IMG/VR virus record: IMGVR_UViG_3300021961_000356 | Location: 1-32,629 of that record | Source of the DNA: a virus | Lineage: Duplodnaviria > Caudoviricetes | Length of the DNA: 32,629 nt | Strand: one strand, 5' to 3' | In this document: one piece after another, positions 25,688-32,629 of the stretch | Layout of the letters: each line of letters starts with the position of its first letter | Position numbering within the stretch: the stretch's first letter is position 1 | Translations under genes and position numbers: made by a program | The notes under the pieces: generated by a model | What the model was told of the DNA's origin: nothing | The model's database searches: none | Seen by the model: only the letters and a program-made list of their open reading frames with translations

Positions 25688-26451
25688 ATGTTTTTTAATT
25701 CTTTTATTATAATTTCAGCAATTAATTTATGACCTTCAGCATTTGGGTGATAATCGTATTTTCTTTCTAATTGTTTTGGTTTACTTCCTGGTTTAGGATT
25801 AAGAACTGGACCTATACTATATTCAGGTCTATCTAATATAAACTTTTCGAATAAATTATATCCTCCTAAATCATTTAGAAATGGAAATCCTATTGTATTT
25901 TTTTTGTCTATCATTGAAAAATATGGATTTGTTATAATACTATTTAAAATTTCTTTTTTCAAATTTATATTCATATCATAGATTGTTTCTCGTATAGGAC
26001 TTAAAAATTGAAAAAACAAACATTTAATTCCTAAATTTTTACAAATTGTTTGTAATTCATATATTGCTCTCAAAGTATTATAAATTAATTTTGATTCGTT
26101 ATTATAAATATCATCAATTCTACCTGTTGTACAATTAGTAATTAAACTTTCACTATTGTTTCTAAATATACCATAAAAAAATTTTTTTCTATATTTGTTA
26201 CGAAAGTCATTTATAAAAGCAAATTTTTCCATAAGTCTTCCTGTTGCTTGTTTTTTAAATGCTTCTGGAATATCCATTTTTTCTACAAGGTCTAAATGCA
26301 TAAAATTATCAACAGTTTCAGATGCTCTACTTAAAAAAACATCTTCAACTCTAGTCCATTCAGATAGTCCTATAATACATAACTCTATATCTTTATGATT
26401 TCTCATAACATAATCTTGTGCCCTTTTACAAATAGAAAAATTGCCTGCGCC
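25431..26451. repeat. Diverged ~41-bp direct repeat (25431-25471 and 26411-26451) marking tandem duplication of the SGNH genes
   Basis: taatcctgtgcccttttacaaatggaaaagttacctgcacc vs taatcttgtgcccttttacaaatagaaaaattgcctgcgcc. Confidence 0.75.
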
Positions 26452-26646
26452 AGGTTTAGATGCATTAATAACTTCTTTATTTAATTTTTTACTTAATACT
26501 AAAGGCCAACAATCATATTTTGGAAACTCAAAAGGTAAAGTATTTATATTATGTCCCATTTTTTCATATAGTTTTTCATCATATAACTGATAATCAAATG
26601 ATGAAAAACTATCACCAGATACTAATATTTTAGAAGACTTTGACAT
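25684..26646 (-). CDS. SGNH/GDSL hydrolase-like protein (paralog 1)
   Basis: GDSFS, NASKPGAGN, DYHPNAEGH; shares GAGNFSICKRAQDY and LIYNTLRxIYELQTxCK with neighbour. Confidence 0.7.
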   Translation of the reverse strand: MSKSSKILVSGDSFSSFDYQLYDEKLYEKMGHNINTLPFEFPKYDCWPLVLSKKLNKEVINASKPGAGNFSICKRAQDYVMRNHKDIELCIIGLSEWTRVEDVFLSRASETVDNFMHLDLVEKMDIPEAFKKQATGRLMEKFAFINDFRNKYRKKFFYGIFRNNSESLITNCTTGRIDDIYNNESKLIYNTLRAIYELQTICKNLGIKCLFFQFLSPIRETIYDMNINLKKEILNSIITNPYFSMIDKKNTIGFPFLNDLGGYNLFEKFILDRPEYSIGPVLNPKPGSKPKQLERKYDYHPNAEGHKLIAEIIIKELKNI

Positions 26647-27973
26647 TGTTTATTTTTTCAAACTCACTTGCATCATTCTCATTATTGACTATTGGTTGTC
26701 CTTTGATATTTAGACTTGTGTTTAATAACATAGGACACTTTGTCTTTCTATGCCATTCTTCAAGTATAGGTCTTATAACTGACTCACAATCTTTCTTGAC
26801 TATCTGTACTCTTGCAGTACCGTCTATGTGTTGTACTGATTTATAGTCGTGTTTAGATTGTGCGACAAACTGCATATATTCGTTCATAGGTCCTTCGAAG
26901 TATTCGTCTGCATATTCTTCTAGTATTGCTGGTGCAAACGGTCTGTATCTCTGTCGTTTCTTTATATCGTTGACTGTATCTTTAATATCTTTTCTAGGGT
27001 CTGCAAGTAATGAACGATTACCCAATGCTCTTGGCCCGAACTCTGCACGACCGTTAGCAACACCACAAACACCATGTCTTAATAAATGTCTGACAACTTC
27101 TGTAGGATTAATATCTCTTTCTATATTATATCCAAGATATGGACTTTTCCAATTTAGTTTCTCTGCAAGAACAAGTGCGGCCGCACCGAGTGAACTACCT
27201 GCATCGCCTGGATTTGGCATAATCCAAATGTTTTTATTTTTTATCTTTGAGTTTGCAACACAGTTCAATGCACAACCGCCCATCAATATAAGATTCTTTG
27301 ATGGACACATATCAACAAGTTCTAATAACTTCTTCTCATATAATGCTTGTACACTTGCGGCCAAGTCTTCGTTACTTGCATTTGGAAATATATCACCACA
27401 ACCTCTATGATTGTTTTTATGCAAGAGAAACTTTTCCATTGCTTGTGTGTATCTGGGTTCACCATATGCGGCCATACACATAGTAATATACTCATCTTCG
27501 TTTGGTTTCAGACCTATTCGTTGTGTGATTGCAGAATATAACAAACCAAGTGAGTAAGGGTATTTCCAAGACTTTATCTTTTTAATTTTAGAGAAGTTAT
27601 AATCTTGATATGATTTCCATATACTAATTGTGTCCCATTCGCCTATCGCATCTATGACAAGTATGTTACACTCATCAAAAGGACTTGTATAGAATCCTGC
27701 GGCGGCATGAGATTCGTGATGTTTAAATTTGAAATTGAATTTGTGTCGAAGTGGTTCTTTTTTCTGACCACTAAACCATAGTCGTGTGTTCTTTAAAAAG
27801 GGATTTTCATAGTATGCGAAGTAATGACCTGCAGTTGGTTGGTCTTTGTGAATCCATTTATCATTCTTTATACGACTGTATCTTTCAGAATGACCTGCAT
27901 AAACAATATTATTATTTTCAAGTATCGTTACAGAGGCGTCATGAAATCCTTCACTAACTCCTACTATTTTCAT
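26630..27973 (-). CDS. O-carbamoyltransferase (NodU/CmcH/TobZ family)
   Basis: GxxxxxHDAS, ERYSRIKND, HHxSHAA, VIDAIGE, GGCALNC, PGDAG, EFGPRALGNRSLLADP, RPFAP, LLNTSLN. Confidence 0.93.
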   Translation of the reverse strand: MKIVGVSEGFHDASVTILENNNIVYAGHSERYSRIKNDKWIHKDQPTAGHYFAYYENPFLKNTRLWFSGQKKEPLRHKFNFKFKHHESHAAAGFYTSPFDECNILVIDAIGEWDTISIWKSYQDYNFSKIKKIKSWKYPYSLGLLYSAITQRIGLKPNEDEYITMCMAAYGEPRYTQAMEKFLLHKNNHRGCGDIFPNASNEDLAASVQALYEKKLLELVDMCPSKNLILMGGCALNCVANSKIKNKNIWIMPNPGDAGSSLGAAALVLAEKLNWKSPYLGYNIERDINPTEVVRHLLRHGVCGVANGRAEFGPRALGNRSLLADPRKDIKDTVNDIKKRQRYRPFAPAILEEYADEYFEGPMNEYMQFVAQSKHDYKSVQHIDGTARVQIVKKDCESVIRPILEEWHRKTKCPMLLNTSLNIKGQPIVNNENDASEFEKINNVKVF

Positions 27974-28641
27974 TTATCTTTATAGTAATTCGTTTCATCA
28001 TAAGACTCACCAACATCTTTACCAAATTTTGTTATATACTCGTTGTTGGTTTCACCTGTTCTTTTATTTTCAACAGTATAAAATGTGTGGTCAATTTTAT
28101 AGCCAGGATTCTTTTTTATTCTATTATGTGTAAATGCATCATCAACCCAAACAATCCTATTATTAGGATATACAAAATAATTACCATCGTCCATCTGAAA
28201 AGTATGACCACATTTATGCTCTGGGTCTTCCGAAAAGTTTGTGTCAGTTATACCTGTTTTGTTTTCCCAACCCCAATCAATTGTAAACATATATTCGCCC
28301 CAATGCTTGTTTCCATTTAAGTCAATGAGTTCTGCTCTACGTCTTGCAAGTCTATTACGAACGTGAACATCAACATAAGGTGAGAAACAATTCCAATACT
28401 GGTGCATTTCTATTGGGTGTACAGGTGCATCTTTCTTCCAACAAAATGCTTGTATAGGTCGTCTTGTCCAATTTACACCATTTTCTAATAATACTTCAAA
28501 CAAAGGAACTCTATGTTCCATTGAAGCAACACTATGTACTTCGCCCCAAGTAAATTCACCGTGTCCTTTTTCGTGGTCAAAAAGATATTCGTTTCTAATA
28601 TAACAACTAAAAGGTGGTATGTTATGGTTAAGATAACTCAC
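27970..28641 (-). CDS. Conserved phage hypothetical protein (Trp/His-rich)
   Basis: YLNHNIP...RNEYL...GHGEF...YMFTIDW...EHKCGH...PNNRI pattern recognised from aquatic phages. Confidence 0.65.
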   Translation of the reverse strand: MSYLNHNIPPFSCYIRNEYLFDHEKGHGEFTWGEVHSVASMEHRVPLFEVLLENGVNWTRRPIQAFCWKKDAPVHPIEMHQYWNCFSPYVDVHVRNRLARRRAELIDLNGNKHWGEYMFTIDWGWENKTGITDTNFSEDPEHKCGHTFQMDDGNYFVYPNNRIVWVDDAFTHNRIKKNPGYKIDHTFYTVENKRTGETNNEYITKFGKDVGESYDETNYYKDK

Positions 28642-29408
28642 TCTTTATTTCTCCATTCGTCATTTAGTTCACGAACTGCTTTAAACATCATAGAATCTAC
28701 ATCATTCTGGTCTAGTGTGTTAATCAAGAAGTCTAAGTCTTTTGGTAGACACTTACCACCAAACCCTAGTTTACCATCATATCCTGGCACATCAAGATAA
28801 GATTGATTCTGTTGTACTTGTAGATATGCATCTTTGATTTTGTTATAATCTGCACCAACTTTACCTGCCAAGTCATAGAATACATTGGCAAATGCAACTC
28901 TCATTGTACCTAGATTGTTTGAGAACATCTTAATAAGTTCTGCCTCTTTTGTTGATACTTCTATGTAATTATCTTTAGTAATAAACTCTGGTAGACTCAC
29001 ACCATCGTGTCCAATAATCCATGGTCGTTTCACTTTATCTTCATCAAAGTGTTGTTCTCGTAAGAATTCAGGCCAGTAGATAATCTTCTCGTTTGTTTCT
29101 TTTTGTATTCTATCACATGAACCAAGAGGTAATGTACAACGAACAACAATAGTGTTGTATGGATTTAGTTTCTTAAGTTCTTTAATCTCAAATATAACAT
29201 TGTCTATATCATTGTCTGTAACTGTTGGTATACAAACAAAGACAACATTACATTCAGTCAACAACTCTCTATGCGAATCTTCGTGTGCGACATCATGAAT
29301 GGTGCCATAATGTCCTTCTTCTGACCTTGCGATAATATCGTAAGTCGCACGACCTACATAACCATAACCCATAAATCCGTAGTGCATACCTCTAAATCCT
29401 TGCATCAT
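28638..29408 (-). CDS. UDP-glucose/GDP-mannose dehydrogenase-like protein lacking the C-terminal UDP-binding domain
   Basis: GYGYVG Rossmann motif, FVCIPT, PEFLRE, AELIK, GFGGKCLPKD; only 256 aa. Confidence 0.85.
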   Translation of the reverse strand: MMQGFRGMHYGFMGYGYVGRATYDIIARSEEGHYGTIHDVAHEDSHRELLTECNVVFVCIPTVTDNDIDNVIFEIKELKKLNPYNTIVVRCTLPLGSCDRIQKETNEKIIYWPEFLREQHFDEDKVKRPWIIGHDGVSLPEFITKDNYIEVSTKEAELIKMFSNNLGTMRVAFANVFYDLAGKVGADYNKIKDAYLQVQQNQSYLDVPGYDGKLGFGGKCLPKDLDFLINTLDQNDVDSMMFKAVRELNDEWRNKE

Positions 29409-29614
29409 AAATCTCTACTTATCCCTATTACTTCACCAATTAACAATACTGAAGCGGCAAATGGTAACCATAATAAAGTATCTTGTGCAAACGCTATTAT
29501 TCCTAAACCAAGACATCTCGCTATATATTGTCCAATATCATATTTTGTTTTTTTCTGTTGTCTATTTAATATATATTCAACTACTTGTGATTGTACTATA
29601 TCTTCTTTTTTCAT
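29405..29614 (-). CDS. Small two-TM membrane protein
   Basis: Hydrophobic C-terminal half; overlapping start/stop with both neighbours. Confidence 0.6.
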   Translation of the reverse strand: MKKEDIVQSQVVEYILNRQQKKTKYDIGQYIARCLGLGIIAFAQDTLLWLPFAASVLLIGEVIGISRDL

Positions 29615-30288
29615 TACTTGTCCTCCTGTAAAAAGTTAGTTATCATTGGAAATACTCCCTTTAATGCTTCAGCACATTTTATTGCTAACTCCCTATGTTC
29701 TGCCTGTGTACCATTACCTGAACGAAGTTCAACATAATGAATCCAAGAACGAATAGTGCCGTTCACATACAACCTAGATTCAGTAGTACCCTCTGGTAAG
29801 ATTGCTCTAGCCTGTTCTTTTGCTATACCATTATCTATTGCCCACTTGTATGTTTCTTCTACAAGGTCCATGACTGCTTCTTGTTTGTCAAACCAAGAAT
29901 GATGCAGTTCGCAATTTTCTGTTGGTATGCTGTTCTGTCTGTTAGTTGTATCTTGTAATCTTGCTTCTCTTAATATGTTTATATTTAATTCTTTTGATGG
30001 GTCTGCATATCTTTGTGAGAACTCTTGAAACGAGAAAGACCTGTGTCGTATCAACTGTCGTGCAATATCTCTTGTTGTTGTAACTTCTAAACAAGCAGAT
30101 ACCATCTCAAATGGTGACCAGTGTTTTTCTCTTATAAGATATTTAAGAAGTTTATGTGATGTATCGTAATTCTCTTGATTCGCAGGATTAGATACTCTTG
30201 CACAATAGGCAATCAAATCTTCCATGTTTTGTCTATAATAACTTTTATTTGGTACAGTTGAATAACTAATTAATTTTGCAGTACTCAT
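29614..30288 (-). CDS. thyX: Flavin-dependent thymidylate synthase
   Basis: ARVS, HWSPFE, QLIRHRSFSFQEFSQRY (RHRx7SxR), EQARAILP. Confidence 0.95.
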   Translation of the reverse strand: MSTAKLISYSTVPNKSYYRQNMEDLIAYCARVSNPANQENYDTSHKLLKYLIREKHWSPFEMVSACLEVTTTRDIARQLIRHRSFSFQEFSQRYADPSKELNINILREARLQDTTNRQNSIPTENCELHHSWFDKQEAVMDLVEETYKWAIDNGIAKEQARAILPEGTTESRLYVNGTIRSWIHYVELRSGNGTQAEHRELAIKCAEALKGVFPMITNFLQEDK

Positions 30289-31643
30289 ACTTTAAATCCC
30301 TCAAATTTATTTGCCACTTCACTATGGTCAAAGACTGGTGTATCATCTTGTAATGTCTGTTCTACTTCACGAACATCATACAATCTCATCTTACTTCTAT
30401 CAACACCGATTACAAATCTTTTATGTACAGTTGGGTCATTATATCTATTCTTCAATTGTTTGACCATAAACTGACCGAGTTTCTCTAGTTCTTCTGTTGA
30501 GATGAGTGCGAACATGAGGTCTGCGGTAGCGGGTAGTCCAAAAGACTCGGACGTATCTTCAAGCCCAATATCCGAGTTAGAATAACCAGAACGAGTCGTC
30601 TGCGTTGCAGAGAACAACGGTATGTTGAACTCGACCGCAAGGCCACGTAATTCTTCAGCAATTGCTTTAATGTAAGTGTATGAATTGATAGACCCTCCCA
30701 TTGTTTTCATTCGACTACTTGCACAAATATTTAGATAGTCAATAAAAATCATATCTGGTACAAATTGTCGTTTGAGTTTTAGTTCATTGAGTAATGCACG
30801 AAAGTGTCCTGCATGTGCAGAACCAGTCGGATACTCTTTGATAATTAACTTACCATTTGTTTTCTTTGTTAGATTGTTAACCTTACGAGTAAACATATCT
30901 TTAGACATATTCGCAAGTTGGTCAATAGGAACATTCAGAAGATTCGCATCTATTCTTTCTGCGATTCTTTCTTCTGCCATTTCCATAGTTATATAGAGAA
31001 CATTCTTTCCTTGTGTTAGTGCATTAGCGGCAACATGACACATAAAAAGAGATTTACCGACACCAGTACCAGCAAGAGCAATATTAAGAGTCTTGTTAGG
31101 TACACCTCCCTTTGTAATCTTGTTAAAGTAATCCAAATCAAACGGAATCCTGTCCTCTTCCGTGTGATAGAATTCGAACCTTTGTTCTGCATTTTCAACA
31201 TAATCGTGACCTACATTTGTGTCGAATGAAATACCGAGTGCTTTAGATAGCAAGTCTGGTAAGGCATTCTTTGTTAAACTTTCGTGTTTACCATCAATGA
31301 TTGATATAGATTCCATAACTGCATTATAGATTGCTCTATCTTGACACCACTTTTCAGTTGCATCATTCAACCAGTTATCGTCAATCTTTTCTTTTGTGAA
31401 AAGATGTGGAACAATATCAAGTGCCATATTATATTGTTCTTCACTCAAAGATTCTAATTCAATGACTAGAGTTTCTTGTGTAGGTAATTTATTGTATTTA
31501 CCAATATACTTACCAATTTCTTTGAATAGTGTTTTATATATACCTTGAAAGTAATCTGGTTTGATGAAAGGCAGAACCTTTCTCATATATATTTCATTAT
31601 GTAGAAGATTCCGAAGAATCGTTTGTTCAATGTTTGGCGTCAA
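30285..31643 (-). CDS. gp41: T4 gp41-like replicative DNA helicase (DnaB family)
   Basis: AGTGVGKS Walker A, YITMEM, IFIDYL, KAIAEELRGLA, SATQTTR, SESFGLPATAD, KQLKNRY. Confidence 0.95.
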   Translation of the reverse strand: MTPNIEQTILRNLLHNEIYMRKVLPFIKPDYFQGIYKTLFKEIGKYIGKYNKLPTQETLVIELESLSEEQYNMALDIVPHLFTKEKIDDNWLNDATEKWCQDRAIYNAVMESISIIDGKHESLTKNALPDLLSKALGISFDTNVGHDYVENAEQRFEFYHTEEDRIPFDLDYFNKITKGGVPNKTLNIALAGTGVGKSLFMCHVAANALTQGKNVLYITMEMAEERIAERIDANLLNVPIDQLANMSKDMFTRKVNNLTKKTNGKLIIKEYPTGSAHAGHFRALLNELKLKRQFVPDMIFIDYLNICASSRMKTMGGSINSYTYIKAIAEELRGLAVEFNIPLFSATQTTRSGYSNSDIGLEDTSESFGLPATADLMFALISTEELEKLGQFMVKQLKNRYNDPTVHKRFVIGVDRSKMRLYDVREVEQTLQDDTPVFDHSEVANKFEGFKV

Positions 31644-32028
31644 GTTTGCCTTCCTTTCGAAGTTGTTCTCTTATCTTTGTTGCAGAGATATTATGTATTT
31701 CTGCTCCTAAATCGTGTTCAGTAAATGTGTAACCAACACCACGACCAAAACTGATATCAACTATGTTTGGTACTCTCATTATAATATAATCTACGTTGAT
31801 TGTAAACCCTTTTTCCAATAATTTTGTAGAAGCATCTAATACAATACTACCATAATCAAAAGGATTATCATCTTGTCCATCACCACCACTTGCACCTTGT
31901 ACATCTCTTACCATAATCACAACTTGACCTGTAATTTCGTGTGCTTTCATAAATAGTTTTGTATGTCCATCATGCCATGGTTGCCAACGACCAAGCATTT
32001 GTACGGTAGGTTTTTTCCAGTCAAACAT
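31627..32028 (-). CDS. Minimal HxGH nucleotidyltransferase (NadM/cytidylyltransferase-like)
   Basis: GRWQPWHDGH, NPF, ISATKIRE. Confidence 0.85.
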   Translation of the reverse strand: MFDWKKPTVQMLGRWQPWHDGHTKLFMKAHEITGQVVIMVRDVQGASGGDGQDDNPFDYGSIVLDASTKLLEKGFTINVDYIIMRVPNIVDISFGRGVGYTFTEHDLGAEIHNISATKIREQLRKEGKLDAKH

Positions 32029-32452
32029 TATTTCTCTCCATATATTTTGATACGACTTTAACTAATTCTCTATGAGTATCATCAAACCAACCTGAAACGT
32101 GATAGTCGTACTCATCTTTTTCTAAAGGTTCAAATATCTTATTTGTATCTTCATATCTTCCCTCTTTGATTGTGTCCATCCAAACAACAAAGTCTGCACC
32201 AAACTGTTCTCTTGCTTGTCGTGTTGGACATATAAAGTCTGCGACTGCAATCTTACCTGCTTTAACTACACCATCTGATAGAAACTTCATTCGTAACGAT
32301 TGTCGCATACGACCCTCTGGACTAAAGTCCCAATCATCATATTCTTTTCTTATTTCGTCTGCATTTAAAAATATACCACCAATCAACTCTGCAAAAGGTC
32401 TACCTAAAGTTGTTTTACCTGCACCTGGCAGTCCACATATTAATATCTTCAT
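32021..32452 (-). CDS. Adenylylsulfate kinase (CysC)-like P-loop kinase
   Basis: GLPGAGKTT, NADEIR...DFSxEGR, DFICP, FEP; shorter than CysC. Confidence 0.8.
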   Translation of the reverse strand: MKILICGLPGAGKTTLGRPFAELIGGIFLNADEIRKEYDDWDFSPEGRMRQSLRMKFLSDGVVKAGKIAVADFICPTRQAREQFGADFVVWMDTIKEGRYEDTNKIFEPLEKDEYDYHVSGWFDDTHRELVKVVSKYMERNNV

Positions 32453-32628
32453 TTGTTGTTCTCATCAAAAATTGTAAATAAAATATCACGAGCGAGTTCT
32501 TGTAACTCTGTGTTTGTTTCTACTTCTAAGTCTTCATCAGGTGTTGATATAATATCAAAGTTAAACTTCATTACCATATCTTTTCCTTTACCTTCAAAAC
32601 CTACATTACCATACTTAATAACTGTTTC
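32449..32628 (-). CDS. Partial gene, probable gp40-like head vertex assembly chaperone
   Basis: Manual translation ...ETVIKYGNVGFEGKGKDMVMKFNFDIISTPDEDLEVETNTELQELARDILFTIFDENNK*; ATGA overlap; position upstream of gp41. Confidence 0.5.
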   Translation of the reverse strand, partial: ETVIKYGNVGFEGKGKDMVMKFNFDIISTPDEDLEVETNTELQELARDILFTIFDENNK

Positions 32629-32629
32629 T

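Noticed and set aside
28638-29408. UDP-glucose dehydrogenase as a pseudogene
   Set aside because: Clean ORF with intact catalytic GGxCLPKD, coupled by overlaps to neighbours, and no remnant of the missing domain downstream; more likely a naturally short form
1789-32477. Numerous plus-strand ORFs and short nested minus-strand ORFs in the track
   Set aside because: They lie antisense to or inside well-supported genes, lack RBS or motifs, and read as shadow frames

Overview
AT-rich fragment of a T4-like (myovirus) bacteriophage genome, most likely an aquatic phage of a Gram-negative host. Essentially all genes lie on the minus strand, densely packed, in the standard genetic code. In transcription order (right to left): partial gp40-like gene; a CysC-like P-loop kinase and an HxGH nucleotidyltransferase; gp41 helicase; thyX; a glycan/modification block (UDP-glucose dehydrogenase-like, carbamoyltransferase, two paralogous SGNH-like proteins); a small beta-barrel-like protein behind a structured leader; a long late region of putative capsid-internal proteins with T4-type capsid-targeting N-termini (including a PD-(D/E)XK-like, a KxDG ligase-like and an HxGH nucleotidyltransferase trio); a three-gene exported Cys/acidic module; overlapping i-/o-spanins followed by a class 3 lipase and a thermonuclease; a radical SAM protein; class II ribonucleotide reductase; small Cys proteins; a GIY-YIG protein; and a partial LigA Ia-like ORF. 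T4 late promoters (TATAAATA) and near-consensus sigma70 promoters are visible. No tRNA, rRNA, CRISPR array, intron or intein was recognised. All family assignments are by motif recognition, not database search.
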